NCBI GenBank assembly: GCA_035759585.1
Contig: DASTUP010000187.1
Span: 36,157-100,156 of the forward strand
Source of the DNA: Gemmatimonadales bacterium
Lineage (GTDB): Bacteria; Gemmatimonadota; Gemmatimonadetes; Gemmatimonadales; GWC2-71-9
Length of the DNA stretch: 64,000 nt
Reading direction: 5' to 3'
Below, in pieces: positions 1-9,946 of the stretch. A model generated the notes under the pieces. That model did no database searches. It worked only from the letters and a program-made list of their open reading frames with translations, and was not told the DNA's origin. The translations under genes and the position numbers were made by a program. Each line of letters opens with the position of its first letter. Positions within the stretch are counted from its first letter, which is position 1.

Positions 1-893
1 ATCAGGTTGAGCTCGTCCCCACCGCGCGTGCCATGTTCGACGACCCAGAAGCGTCCTTCGCCGTCGAACGCCGACGCCTGCACGTTGCGGTGGCCGAGCG
101 TCCAGATCTCCGGGCGGGCGCCGGCCTCGCCCACAAAGGGATTGTCGCCCGGCACCGTGCCATCGGAATCGATGCGCACGATCTTCCCCATGTGGCTGCC
201 GAGCTGCTGCGCCTGCGGCCGCATCGGCGTATCGGAGCGCTCGCCCAGGGTCACGTAGAGCTTGCCATCCGGCCCGAACGCCAGCCGCGAGCCGAAGTGC
301 ATCGTGCCGTCATAGGTCGGCAGCGCGCGGAAGATCACCTGCACGTTCTCGACGGAGCGGCGGTCGGCTGAGAGCGCTCCACGTGCCACGCTCGTCGCAT
401 TGCCGCCGTCCCGTGCCTCGGAATAGCTCCAGAAGATCGTCCGATCACTGGAGAACGACGGACTCAGCGCGACATCGAGCAGGCCACCCTGCCCTCGCGC
501 ATCGACCTCGGGCAATCCTGCGATCGGCTCGCCCAGCTGCCCCGCGGCGGTCACGATGCGCAGCCGGCCGGGGCGCTCCGTCACCAGCAGATCGCCGTTC
601 GGAAGCGGCTCTACGGCCCACGGGTGCACGAGACCACGCGCCAGCACCGTCACGCTGAATGCGACATTCGATGTGACGCCGCAGGCGCGGGTCTGGCCCT
701 CGAAGGCTGGGCGTTGATCCGGGGCGTTCGGCGGGCGGGTCTCCAGCGGCCGGCAGTCCGCCGGCGGCGCGGCTGTATCTGCTGCAGTCTGAGAATCGGG
801 AATCGCCGTCGCAGGTACGGACTGTGAGGAGCAGCCGCTCAAGGCGGAGATCAGACCGAATGCGGCGAAGCCCGCCGCAACACGCGTATCCAT
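1..893 (-). CDS. PQQ-dependent sugar (glucose/sorbosone) dehydrogenase family lipoprotein, C-terminal part cut by window edge
   Basis: Minus-strand frame is open from ATG at 893..891 to the window start; it is absent from the ORF track because no stop is seen. Hand translation gives MDTRVAAGFAAFGLISALSGCSSQ (lipobox LSGC) ... GHRNVQASAFDGEGRFWVVEHGTRGGDELN. This fits the GHRN...EHGP.GGDE.N signature of soluble aldose sugar dehydrogenases. Confidence 0.8.
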   Translation of the reverse strand, partial: MDTRVAAGFAAFGLISALSGCSSQSVPATAIPDSQTAADTAAPPADCRPLETRPPNAPDQRPAFEGQTRACGVTSNVAFSVTVLARGLVHPWAVEPLPNGDLLVTERPGRLRIVTAAGQLGEPIAGLPEVDARGQGGLLDVALSPSFSSDRTIFWSYSEARDGGNATSVARGALSADRRSVENVQVIFRALPTYDGTMHFGSRLAFGPDGKLYVTLGERSDTPMRPQAQQLGSHMGKIVRIDSDGTVPGDNPFVGEAGARPEIWTLGHRNVQASAFDGEGRFWVVEHGTRGGDELNL

Positions 894-1057
894 GATGGGG
901 CCCCCGATCTGGATGTGCCATGCCGCAGCCGCTGCGGCGCGAAGCCCTTCATGCTCGCGCTCCAGGCCGCTCGCTGCCGTGACGTCCCTCACCCGTCAGC
1001 ACATCCCGGCTCCTCGACGGCTCCGCTTATCTTCCGTAGACCCTCTTTCGACTGACG

Positions 1058-2641
1058 ATGAGCGCTTCCACACCGATCGCCCCGACCACGCTCGACGAAT
1101 CACGCCGCCGCATCCGGGATGCGCTCCTCGCGGCCCGGCGGGTCGCCGTCGGCACGCACGCCGGCGAAGAGGTGAGGGTGCGCATGATGCACCCCGGCGC
1201 GTGGCTGCCGGACGACGATGCGGGCCGGCCGCTCGTCTATCTCGCCTCCATGAAGTCCGACCCGAAAATCCGCGAGGTCACGAGCCGGCCCGAGATCGCC
1301 CTGCTCCTGCACGAGTCGCCGACCGGGGAGGAGAGCACGAGCTGGGAGATGGAGATCACGGGACGCGCCGAAGTCGTGCGCGACCCCGCCGAGCGTGAGC
1401 GCGCGAAGCAGGCGACGATGCGCACTTCGTCCATCGTGCAGTACCTCGACTCCGTCGGGCAGACCGACCTGCTCGCCTTCGTGCGCGTCACGCCACGGTT
1501 CATGAAGCATCGCGTCTTCGGCGAGATCGTCGCGGGCCGGCCGCCTTCGATCATCGAGTTCGCCGACGCTGCGGCGGATCGACCGGCCGATTCGGCGCTG
1601 CTCCGCCGCCGCCTCGGGATCTGGAAGGAAGCGGTGCGTTGGGCGTCGCTGACGGCGAGCGCGGCGTCGGTGGCGGTCGGTGTCGCGGCGTCGTTCGCAG
1701 CGGCCGGCACGGTACGCTGGGGCTGGGCGGCCCTGACGCTCCTTGCCGCCGTCTCGCTTCAGGCATGCACCAACATCAAGAACGATCTCGACGACCAGCT
1801 CAGCGGCGCCGACGATCTCAACCGCACGCCGATCCTTGGCCTCACCGGCGGCTCGCGGGTCATGCAGCGCGGACTCGCGACGCGCGCGGAGCTCCTCACC
1901 GCCACACTCGTGTTCGGGCTCCTGAGCGCCGCGATCGGCCTGTACTTCGCTCTCGCCGGCCGACCGGGCGTGATCGCTTTCGGGCTCGCGGGATTGTTCA
2001 TCGGGTGGGTGTACACCGGTCCGCCGTTGCGACTCGCCAATCGCGGGCTCGGCGAGCCGGCCGTGGCACTCTCCTTCGGCCTCGGGATCGTCTGCGGCAG
2101 CGCGTACGTTCAACTCGGATATGTGCCGTTGATCGCATTGGCGGCATCGATACCCGTGTCGATTCTCGTTGCACTGATCCTCTTCATCAACGGCTTCCAG
2201 GACGCGGTGAGCGATGAGCAGGTCGCGAAGCGCACGGCCGTCGTGCGGCTCGGGCTTTCACGCGCCAGCCGCGCCTATCCGCTCATTGCCGCTGCCGCGG
2301 CCGTTGCACTCGTCGCGCTGGTCCTTGCCGGCGCCCTGCCGGCCCCCGCACTGGCGGGGCTGGCCGGCTTTCCGCTCTTCATCCAGGCGGCACGCGTGGT
2401 CCGTGAGAATTTCGAGCGGCCGATGGAGCTCGTCCCGGCCAACGCCTATACCGTCGTCGGACACCTTGCGAGCTGCCTCGCACTGGCGCTGGGTCTCGCC
2501 TGGGCCGGGATCGGCGCGCTCACCGCCGGTCTCGTTGCCGCGGCCCTCGCGGGTCTCGCGGTGCTCGCCTATTACAATCGCTCGATCGGCCGCCTCGCGA
2601 GGGCATTCTATGGTGTCCGGGACGCCGTGGCGAAGAGCTAG
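1058..2641 (+). CDS. Fusion protein: PNPOx-like FMN-binding split-barrel domain + UbiA/MenA-type polyprenyltransferase
   Basis: 527-aa ORF. The N-terminal ~165 aa are soluble and resemble the pyridoxamine-5-phosphate-oxidase/general-stress-26 fold (LVYLASMKSDPKIREVTSRPEIALLL...EMEITGRAEVV). The remainder is polytopic with the Asp-rich prenyltransferase motif NIKNDLDDQLSGADD and YTGPPLRLANRGLGE. Confidence 0.75.
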   Translation: MSASTPIAPTTLDESRRRIRDALLAARRVAVGTHAGEEVRVRMMHPGAWLPDDDAGRPLVYLASMKSDPKIREVTSRPEIALLLHESPTGEESTSWEMEITGRAEVVRDPAERERAKQATMRTSSIVQYLDSVGQTDLLAFVRVTPRFMKHRVFGEIVAGRPPSIIEFADAAADRPADSALLRRRLGIWKEAVRWASLTASAASVAVGVAASFAAAGTVRWGWAALTLLAAVSLQACTNIKNDLDDQLSGADDLNRTPILGLTGGSRVMQRGLATRAELLTATLVFGLLSAAIGLYFALAGRPGVIAFGLAGLFIGWVYTGPPLRLANRGLGEPAVALSFGLGIVCGSAYVQLGYVPLIALAASIPVSILVALILFINGFQDAVSDEQVAKRTAVVRLGLSRASRAYPLIAAAAAVALVALVLAGALPAPALAGLAGFPLFIQAARVVRENFERPMELVPANAYTVVGHLASCLALALGLAWAGIGALTAGLVAAALAGLAVLAYYNRSIGRLARAFYGVRDAVAKS

Positions 2642-2644
2642 CCG

Positions 2645-3592
2645 TCAGCCGATCGGCTTGAGGTTCGCGACGATCCGTTCACGCTGGGCCTCGAGGAACG
2701 GCGGCAGGACGACCTTTTCGCCCAGCGTTTCCATCGCCTCGTCCACCCCGAAGCCGGGGCCTTCGGTCGCCAGCTCAAACAGGATTCCGTTCGGCTCCCT
2801 GAAATAGAGGCTCCGGAACCAGAAGCGGTCGATCTTCCCGCTGTTGTGAATCCCGAGCGAGTTGAGTCGGTCGGCCCACGCGTCATACTCGGCATCCGGA
2901 ATCCGGAACGCGACATGGTGCACTCCGCCGGCACCCTGCCGGGTCGGCGGCAGCGACGGCTGAACGGCGACGTGCAGCTCCGCCCCGGGACCACCAGCCC
3001 CCATCTCGTACACGTGGACCTGCTCCTGGCGTGCGTCGTCGGGAAGCGGGTAGGTGCGGGCAGGTCGCATCCCCACGGCACGGAGCATCGCGTCGGTCGG
3101 CTCGAGCACGGGAACGCTGAGCTGGATCGGTCCAAGCCCGCGGACCTGGTGCTCGGCGGGCACCGGACTCTCCGACCACGGATGCTCCGGTCTTCCGCCT
3201 CCATCGCTCACCAGGGCAAGCCGCTGGCCTTCCCCGTCGTCCACCTCGAGCTCGATTCTGCCGTCACGCTCATAGGGGCCGCGCGTGGTGACGCCGGCAT
3301 CACGAAGCCACTCCTGCCACCAGCGGATGCTCGCCTCTCCTCCGACCCGAAGTCCGGTCCGGGTGATTGCGCGGGCCCCTCGGCGCTCGGCCGGCACCGG
3401 CCAGTCGAAGAAGGTGAGGTCGGTGCCGGGACTCCCGACGGCATCCGCGTAGAACAGATGATACGCGCTCACATCGTCCTGGTTGACGCTGCGCTTCACC
3501 AGTCGCATGCCGAGCGTGCGCGTGTAGAAGTGGTGATTGTCGCGGATCTGCGCCGAGATTGCGGTCAGGTGGTGAATGCCGAGGAGATTCAT
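2645..3592 (-). CDS. Ring-cleaving dioxygenase, VOC/glyoxalase superfamily (MhqO/MhqA-like)
   Basis: 315 aa. N-terminus is [47 protein letters not shown]. Duplicated VOC modules. Paralog of the adjacent gene. Confidence 0.85.
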   Translation of the reverse strand: MNLLGIHHLTAISAQIRDNHHFYTRTLGMRLVKRSVNQDDVSAYHLFYADAVGSPGTDLTFFDWPVPAERRGARAITRTGLRVGGEASIRWWQEWLRDAGVTTRGPYERDGRIELEVDDGEGQRLALVSDGGGRPEHPWSESPVPAEHQVRGLGPIQLSVPVLEPTDAMLRAVGMRPARTYPLPDDARQEQVHVYEMGAGGPGAELHVAVQPSLPPTRQGAGGVHHVAFRIPDAEYDAWADRLNSLGIHNSGKIDRFWFRSLYFREPNGILFELATEGPGFGVDEAMETLGEKVVLPPFLEAQRERIVANLKPIG

Positions 3593-3595
3593 GAG

Positions 3596-4546
3596 TCACA
3601 CCGGGTCGAGAGGAACGAGCGCCGCCTCGATCTCCGCGCGTCGCGGCTCGAGAAACGGCGGCAGTGAAAGCCGGCGCGGATCGATGGGGCCATCGACCTC
3701 GAAGCCGGGGCCGTCGGTGGCCAGCTCGAAGAGCACACCGTTCGGCTCGCGGACATAGATCGACCTGAAATAGTGGCGATCCACGATTCCGCTGTGGCGG
3801 TAGCCGACCGAATCGAGCCGCTCGGCCCAGTCCTCCATCGGCTGCCCCTCCGGGACGCGCAGGGCGAAATGATGGACGCCGCCGGCGCCATACCGCGAAC
3901 GCGGAAGGTCGCTCCGCACGACGACGTGAACTTCGGCGGGCGCTCCGCCCGATCCCATCTGGAAAAGGTGCGTTTCCGCCGCTCCGGGAATCGTGCGATC
4001 GAGCGTGAGTCCAAGGCCATCGACCAGAAATCCCTCGGTGGGACCGAGCGCAGGAACGGTAATCGTCACTGGCCCGAGACCGCGGATCTGGTAGTCGGCC
4101 GATACGGAGCTGTCGCCCCATGGAAACACGGGCCCGACGCCCCCGTCGTCCACGAGAGCGAGGCGCGTACCCTCGATGTCCTCGAACTCGAGCGCGGGAC
4201 GCCCGTCCGGGAAATCGGTCCTGCGCTGGGCGACACCGTGCGAGTCGAGGCGCTCGGCCCAGTAATCGAGGGTCCCGCTGCCCGCCACGCGAAACGTCGT
4301 GCGGGAGATGCTGTTGTTCCCGCGGCGCTCGCGGGCCGCACGCGGGAGGTCGAACACCGTCATATCCGAGCCGGGACTCCCTGCACCATCCCCGAAAAAG
4401 AGATGATACATGTCGGGGGAGTCCTGATTCACGGTCGTGATCAGCGGCCGCAGCCCCAGGATGCGCACATAGAAGTCGCGCGACGCCTGGATCCGGGCGC
4501 TGAGGGCGCTCACGTGGTGAACGCCCGCCAGTTGCAACGCAGTCAT
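3596..4546 (-). CDS. Ring-cleaving dioxygenase, VOC/glyoxalase superfamily (second tandem paralog)
   Basis: 316 aa. Contains LAGVHHVSALSARIQASRDFYVRILGLRPLITTVNQDSPDMYHLFFGD. Collinear similarity to 2645..3592. Only a 3-nt gap to the downstream paralog. Confidence 0.85.
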   Translation of the reverse strand: MTALQLAGVHHVSALSARIQASRDFYVRILGLRPLITTVNQDSPDMYHLFFGDGAGSPGSDMTVFDLPRAARERRGNNSISRTTFRVAGSGTLDYWAERLDSHGVAQRRTDFPDGRPALEFEDIEGTRLALVDDGGVGPVFPWGDSSVSADYQIRGLGPVTITVPALGPTEGFLVDGLGLTLDRTIPGAAETHLFQMGSGGAPAEVHVVVRSDLPRSRYGAGGVHHFALRVPEGQPMEDWAERLDSVGYRHSGIVDRHYFRSIYVREPNGVLFELATDGPGFEVDGPIDPRRLSLPPFLEPRRAEIEAALVPLDPV

Positions 4547-4573
4547 GAACCCTCGCTTCGAATGCCGCTCCGC

Positions 4574-5140
4574 CTATGCGCGCACGGCCTGTACGTCCAA
4601 CGTAATCCGGATCTCGTTGGCGACGAGTACGCCGCCGGTCTCGAGCGCCTGATTCCAGCCGAGGCCGAAGTCGCGCCGATCGATCTTCGTCACCGCCGTG
4701 AACGCCGCCTTCTGGTTGCCCCAGGGATCGATGCCTCGCCCCTCGTCGCTCGCGTCGAGCACGACTTCGCGCGTCACGCCGTGCATGGTCAGGTCTCCCG
4801 TCACCTTGAACCGCCCTTCTCCGATCGCTTCCACGGCGCGGCTCCGGAAGGTGATGACCGGATATGCCTCGACATCGAAGAAGTCGCCGGAGCGGAGGTG
4901 CGCGTCACGCTGCTCCTGCCTCGTGTCGATACTGGCGGCGTCGATCTCGACCTCGACCGTGGAGCCGGCGAGATCGTCCTCATCGAGTCGGATGGTCCCC
5001 CGCACCGCCGCGAAACGGCCGCGCACGGTGGAGATCATCAGGTGCTTCACGGCGAAACCGATATCGGTATGCGCGGCATCGATCTCCCAGGTCGAAGCTG
5101 CGGGAACCGTTCCGGTCAGGATGTCGGGCGTCGTAGTCAT
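4574..5140 (-). CDS. YceI family polyisoprenoid/quinone-binding protein
   Basis: Start trimmed to internal ATG 5140 (MTTTPDILTG...), preceded by AGGAGGA 8 nt upstream. Contains WEIDAAHTDIGFAVKHLMISTVRGRF and DAHLRSGDFFDVEAYP, typical YceI motifs. Confidence 0.85.
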   Translation of the reverse strand: MTTTPDILTGTVPAASTWEIDAAHTDIGFAVKHLMISTVRGRFAAVRGTIRLDEDDLAGSTVEVEIDAASIDTRQEQRDAHLRSGDFFDVEAYPVITFRSRAVEAIGEGRFKVTGDLTMHGVTREVVLDASDEGRGIDPWGNQKAAFTAVTKIDRRDFGLGWNQALETGGVLVANEIRITLDVQAVRA

Positions 5141-5208
5141 TTCAGAATTCCTCCTATGGTAAATGTTATACAGCTTTCTTACTACTGAGATACTTTTCCA
5201 AATGAAGC

Positions 5209-5679
5209 TCAGGACGCCTCCGCGGCAGCCTCCCTCCCGCCCGCCTCGGCGTGCTGGCCGAGGGCGCGGAGAAGCCCGATGGCGGTCCTCTGCTCCGCCA
5301 GGGTGAGCCCGGCAAGCGCCCGCTCGAGCCATTCCGCGTGCTCCGGGAAGATCCGCTCGATCAGCGCCGAGCCCTCCCTGGTGAGCGAGGCGTAGCGCGC
5401 GCGGCGGTCGGTCGGGCAATCGAGCCGCCTTACGAGCCCTTTCCCTTCCAGCCGGTCCACCAGATAGGTGATGCCGCCGGTCGAGACGAGGATCTTTCGC
5501 TGCAGCTCTCCAAGCAGGAGGTCTCCCTTGTGATAGAGCGCCTCGAGCACGGCGAATTCTCCGAGGGTGAGGCCGTGCGATGCGGCATGGGCCGCGGCAT
5601 GGGCTTGGACCGCCGCCTGGGCCTTTCCCAGGACCACCGCGAGCTTGAGTGCCAGATCTTCCCGTGCCGTCCGCGCCAT
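5209..5679 (-). CDS. MarR family transcriptional regulator (MhqR-like context)
   Basis: 156 aa from ATG 5679 (MARTAREDL...). Winged helix FAVLEALYHKGDLLLGELQRKILVSTGGITYLVDRLEGKGLVRRLDCPTDRR. First gene of the YceI/dioxygenase operon. The ATG at 5724 lies upstream of the predicted -10, so it was not used. Confidence 0.85.
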   Translation of the reverse strand: MARTAREDLALKLAVVLGKAQAAVQAHAAAHAASHGLTLGEFAVLEALYHKGDLLLGELQRKILVSTGGITYLVDRLEGKGLVRRLDCPTDRRARYASLTREGSALIERIFPEHAEWLERALAGLTLAEQRTAIGLLRALGQHAEAGGREAAAEAS

Positions 5680-5691
5680 GGCCGCCTCACT

Positions 5692-5732
5692 TATCTTATC
5701 ACTAAGATACACACCGCTTGACAAACCGTCAA
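5692..5732 (-). promoter_or_regulatory. Putative marR-operon promoter with overlapping palindromic operator
   Basis: Minus strand reads TTGACG (5732..5727) - 17 nt - TATCTT (5709..5704). A perfect inverted repeat TATCTTA-N4-TAAGATA (5692..5709) overlaps the -10. SD GAGG lies 6 nt before ATG 5679. Confidence 0.55.
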
Positions 5733-5776
5733 GGCCCGATCGACCGTCGCCCGGCGGGCCGGTGATATCTTGGGCG

Positions 5777-7492
5777 ATGCCGCATCAGACTGCCCTGATC
5801 GCGACGATCGCCGCCGGCCTCGGGCTCGCCTTCCTCTTCGGGCTCCTCGCGGTCCGGCTCCGGCTTCCGCCGCTCGTCGGATACCTCGTGGCCGGCATCG
5901 CCGTCGGACCGCACAGCCCGGGCTTCGTCGCGGACCCCGGTCTCGCGCAGCAGCTCGCGGAGATCGGCGTGATCCTGCTGATGTTCGGCGTCGGCGTGCA
6001 CTTCTCGCCGGGAGACCTCCTCGCCGTCCGGCGCATCGCTCTCCCGGGAGCGGCAGCGCAGATCACGGCAGCGACCCTCCTCGGCGCCGGGGTGGCACAC
6101 CTCTGGGGCTGGTCCTGGGGCGAGGGCATCGTCTTCGGACTCTGCCTCTCTGTCGCCAGCACGGTCGTGCTGCTCCGGGCGCTCGAGGACCGCGGACTGC
6201 TGGATACGGTGGACGGGCGGATCGCCGTCGGGTGGCTCGTCGTCGAGGACCTCGTCACGGTGCTCGTGCTCGTGCTCCTCCCTGCCCTCGCTGTTTCCCT
6301 TGGCGGCACCGCACCGGCGGGGTCGGCCGGTGCCGCGGGTGGGAGCATCGGAGGCGCACTTGCCGTCACCCTGGCGAAGGTCGGCGCATTCGTCGTTCTC
6401 ATGTTCGCGGTCGGCCGGCGGGTGGTGCCGTGGCTGCTCGAGCGAGTCGCCCGCACCGGATCGCGGGAGCTCTTCACGCTCTCGGTCCTCGCCGTGGCGC
6501 TCGGCATCGCGGTCGGGGCTTCCGCGCTCTTCGGCGTGTCCTTCGCCCTTGGCGCCTTCTTCGCGGGCATGGTCGTCAACGGATCGGACCTGAGCCACGA
6601 GGCGGCGGCAGACGCGCTCCCGCTGCAGGACGCCTTCTCGGTGCTCTTCTTCGTTGCGGTCGGCATGCTCTTCGACCCGGGGATCCTGCTGCAGCAGCCG
6701 CTGGAGCTCGTCGCCGTGGTGCTCATCATCATGATCGGCAAGTCACTCGCGGCCTTCGCCATCGTGATCGCCTTCGGGTACCCGGCGCATACCGCGCTCA
6801 CGATCTCGGCGAGCCTCGCGCAGATCGGCGAGTTCTCCTTCATCCTCGCGGCGCTGGGCCTCTCGCTCGGGCTGCTTCCCCCGGAGGGCCAGAGCCTGAT
6901 CGTGGCGGCGGCGCTTCTCACCATCTCGCTCAATCCCGCGGCGTTCGCGGGCGCGGCGCGCCTCGTGGGATGGCTCCAGCGGCGACCCGGGCTTCTCGAC
7001 CGGATCGAGCGACGGGCGGCGGTCCCGGCTCCCTCTCCCGCGCTCGATCAGACCGGCCTGCACGATCACGCGATCATTGTCGGCTTCGGCCGGGTCGGGA
7101 GCACCATCGGTGAGGCGCTGGCTGCGCAGCGGGTCCCATACGTCGTGGTCGAGCAGGACCGCGAGGCATTCGAGCGGATCCGCGACCGCGGTATTCCCGC
7201 GCTCTACGGCAACGCCAGCCGCGCCGGCGTGCTGCAGGCAGCGCGGCCAGAGCGTGCGCGCCTGATCCTCATCACCACACCCGATCCGTTCCAGGCGCGT
7301 GCCGTGCTCGAGCTCGCGCGGCGCGCGAATCCGGCCATCCATACCGTCGTGCGCACGCACAGCGAGGAAGAGCGCGCCTATCTCGAGCGGCAGGAGGTGG
7401 GCCTCGCCGTCCTCGGCGAGCGCGAGCTGGCGCACACCATGGCACGGCAGGCGCTCCGCTACTGCGGCGCAGGCGAGGACGTGCTCTTATAG
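5777..7492 (+). CDS. Kef/YbaL-type monovalent cation:proton antiporter (CPA2) with C-terminal TrkA-N/RCK domain
   Basis: 571 aa from ATG 5777 (MPHQTALIATIAAGLGLAFLFG...). About 12 TM segments, then HAIIVGFGRVGSTIGEALAAQRVPYVVVEQD (Rossmann GxGxxG). Extended -10 TGaTATCTT lies 5 nt upstream of the ATG. Confidence 0.85.
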   Translation: MPHQTALIATIAAGLGLAFLFGLLAVRLRLPPLVGYLVAGIAVGPHSPGFVADPGLAQQLAEIGVILLMFGVGVHFSPGDLLAVRRIALPGAAAQITAATLLGAGVAHLWGWSWGEGIVFGLCLSVASTVVLLRALEDRGLLDTVDGRIAVGWLVVEDLVTVLVLVLLPALAVSLGGTAPAGSAGAAGGSIGGALAVTLAKVGAFVVLMFAVGRRVVPWLLERVARTGSRELFTLSVLAVALGIAVGASALFGVSFALGAFFAGMVVNGSDLSHEAAADALPLQDAFSVLFFVAVGMLFDPGILLQQPLELVAVVLIIMIGKSLAAFAIVIAFGYPAHTALTISASLAQIGEFSFILAALGLSLGLLPPEGQSLIVAAALLTISLNPAAFAGAARLVGWLQRRPGLLDRIERRAAVPAPSPALDQTGLHDHAIIVGFGRVGSTIGEALAAQRVPYVVVEQDREAFERIRDRGIPALYGNASRAGVLQAARPERARLILITTPDPFQARAVLELARRANPAIHTVVRTHSEEERAYLERQEVGLAVLGERELAHTMARQALRYCGAGEDVLL

Positions 7493-7499
7493 CGGCCTG

Positions 7500-8804
7500 T
7501 CATTCCTCGCGAACCGGCCCTCCACGGAACGCGAAGAGCAGCCCGCCGACGACGAGCGCGATCGCGCCCGCGACCAGGTTCCAGAACGTGGCGCTCGCCA
7601 GGAGCCCGAGGGAGAGCAGGAGAGCCGCGATCGGAATCAGCGGTCCGCCGGGGAGGACGACGGTCTTCTCGGTGCGCGGGTACTTCTTCCGCAGGAACGG
7701 CACTGCGGCGGCCGTCCCGATGTAGGTGGACATCCGGGCGATGACCGACAGCATCGCGAGCTGCACGAACGAGCCCGAGAAGGCGAGCGCACCGGCAATG
7801 ACGGCCTGCGTGAGGATCGCGGCGGCCGGCGTGCGATAGCGTGGATGGACCCCCGCCAGAACGCGCGGGCCGAAGCCGTCGCGCGCCAGGGCATAGAGGT
7901 AACGGGGGCCGGCCAGCATCGTGCTCCCGATATTGCCACCGATCGAGATCGCGGCGCCGGCGGTCATCAGGAGTCCGGCGCCGGCGCCAAGCACGACGAC
8001 CGCTGCATCGGCGAGCGGCGCCCCCTCCGCCCGCGCCGCGAGATCGGGCAGCGTTCCGAGCGCCACGACCTGGACGAGCGTGTAGACCACCGTCACCACG
8101 AGGGCCATCGTCACGAGTGCGAACGGCACGTCGCGCCGGGGATCCCGGTACTCGCCGGCTGCGGCGGCGGTATTCTCGAAGCCCGCGTAGGCAAAGAGGA
8201 GAAGCAGCGCCGCTTCCCCGAACTTCGCGCTGTCGGGCGCCGGCACCGGGAAGATGCGATCCCAGTTCACCGCAAAGATGCCGAAGACGACGAGGACGAT
8301 CAGGGGGACGAGTTTCGCGATCGTGAACCCGGCGGCAACGCGCGCCCCCTGCTTCACGCCGACGATGTTGATCCAGGTCAGGATCGCGAGCGGGAGTGCC
8401 ACCATCAGGACCCGCGTGAATCCCGTTCCCGCGCCCGGCCACACGAACGTCATCGCCTGCGCGAAGCCATTGGAGAGCGACGCGACCGACGCCACGCGCG
8501 CGAGCCACGTCATCCAGCCCACCTCAAAGCCGACGAACTGCCCGAACGCCTCGCGCGTGTAGACGTAGCCGCTCCCCGGCTCGTCGAAGTGACTCGCCGC
8601 CTCGGCAAAGCAGAGGACGAGGAGGAACACCGCGGCGCCGGCGAGGAGCACTGCCCAGACGCTCGCCGGCCCGAGAAGCGCAGCGGCGGCGGCCGGCAGG
8701 AGATAAACGCCGCTCCCGATGACGTCGTTGATCGCAATGCCGACGAGTTCCCAACGGGTCACGACCCGGCGGAGGGCACTCGACGATGTGTCCGGAGCAG
8801 TCAC
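7500..8804 (-). CDS. APC-family amino acid permease
   Basis: Trimmed to in-frame GTG 8804 (VTAPDTSSSALRRVVTRWELVGIAINDVIGSGVYLLP...). 434 aa with about 12 TM segments. The upstream 143 codons of the 577-aa ORF are Arg/Ser/Pro-rich. Confidence 0.8.
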   Translation of the reverse strand: MTAPDTSSSALRRVVTRWELVGIAINDVIGSGVYLLPAAAAALLGPASVWAVLLAGAAVFLLVLCFAEAASHFDEPGSGYVYTREAFGQFVGFEVGWMTWLARVASVASLSNGFAQAMTFVWPGAGTGFTRVLMVALPLAILTWINIVGVKQGARVAAGFTIAKLVPLIVLVVFGIFAVNWDRIFPVPAPDSAKFGEAALLLLFAYAGFENTAAAAGEYRDPRRDVPFALVTMALVVTVVYTLVQVVALGTLPDLAARAEGAPLADAAVVVLGAGAGLLMTAGAAISIGGNIGSTMLAGPRYLYALARDGFGPRVLAGVHPRYRTPAAAILTQAVIAGALAFSGSFVQLAMLSVIARMSTYIGTAAAVPFLRKKYPRTEKTVVLPGGPLIPIAALLLSLGLLASATFWNLVAGAIALVVGGLLFAFRGGPVREE

Positions 8805-8895
8805 GTCGGATGTGGTCCGTATGGAAGCGTGAGAGATGTGAGCTTGAACGCTCCGGATTCTGTGCTCGTGCGACCGGAAACGCCAGTGGCGCGGC

Positions 8896-9939
8896 TCAGC
8901 CCCGGCCGTCGGATTGGCCGGCTTCGGCAAGGAGCTGGTACGAACGGATCCGCGCCGCTGGATCGAATATCTGGGCAGCGACCATGAGCTCGTCGGCCCC
9001 GGTCCGCTCGATGAACGCCTCGAGCTCGCCGCGGACCTGCGCCGCCGTTCCGACGAAGGTGCACGAGAGCATTCCCGAGATGCCATGCCGGTCCAGGGAC
9101 GTAAGTGTTGCCTCGAATGCCGGATCGGGCGGTTGGAGGCGCCCCGGCCGGCCGTGCCGCAGGTTGACGAAGGCCTGCTGCAGCGAGCTGAACAGCACCC
9201 GTGCCTCTTCCGCGGTATCGGCGGCGAAGACATTCACGCCGAGCATCACGTAGGGGCGCTCGAGCCGGTCGGAAGGGCGGAATTGCGAACGGTAGGTGTC
9301 GAGGGCTGCGCTGAGCGCCGCCGGCGCGAAATGCGACGCAAAGGCAAACGGAAGGCCGAGCGCGGCGGCGAGCTGGGCGCCGAAGAGACTCGAGCCGAGT
9401 ATCCAGACGGGAATGTCGAGCCCGGCGCCCGGAACCGCCTGAACGACCTGATCCGGCACCGGAGGACCGAAGAGTCCGAGCAGCTCGACGACGTCCTGCG
9501 GAAAGGCTTCCGCAGCCGTGGGTCCGCGCCGAAGCGCGCGCGACACATGATGATCCGATCCGGGGGCGCGACCGAGCCCGAGGTCGATCCGCCCCGGGTA
9601 AAGGGTTTCGAGCGTCCCGAACTGCTCCGCGATGACGATCGGCGAGTGATTCGGCAGCATGATCCCGCCGGCGCCGACCCGGATAGCCGACGTCTTCCCG
9701 GCGACGTGTCCGATGAGGACGGCCGTTGCGGCGCTCGCGATCCCGGGCATCCCATGATGCTCCGCCAGCCAGAAGCGGCGATAGCCGAGCCGTTCCGCGC
9801 TCCTCGCAAGGTCCACGGTGCGTGCGAACGACTGCGCCGCGTCACCGCCTTCGACGATGGGGGCCAGGTCGAGAATGGAAAGGGGAATACTCCAGCGTCC
9901 GGTCGGCTGGTTGAAGATGGGGGACGGGTGAGGTATCAT
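8896..9939 (-). CDS. LLM-class (luciferase-like) flavin-dependent oxidoreductase
   Basis: 347 aa from ATG 9939 ([28 protein letters not shown]...). Contains [30 protein letters not shown]. Confidence 0.85.
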   Translation of the reverse strand: MIPHPSPIFNQPTGRWSIPLSILDLAPIVEGGDAAQSFARTVDLARSAERLGYRRFWLAEHHGMPGIASAATAVLIGHVAGKTSAIRVGAGGIMLPNHSPIVIAEQFGTLETLYPGRIDLGLGRAPGSDHHVSRALRRGPTAAEAFPQDVVELLGLFGPPVPDQVVQAVPGAGLDIPVWILGSSLFGAQLAAALGLPFAFASHFAPAALSAALDTYRSQFRPSDRLERPYVMLGVNVFAADTAEEARVLFSSLQQAFVNLRHGRPGRLQPPDPAFEATLTSLDRHGISGMLSCTFVGTAAQVRGELEAFIERTGADELMVAAQIFDPAARIRSYQLLAEAGQSDGRG

Positions 9940-9946
9940 GCGTCGA

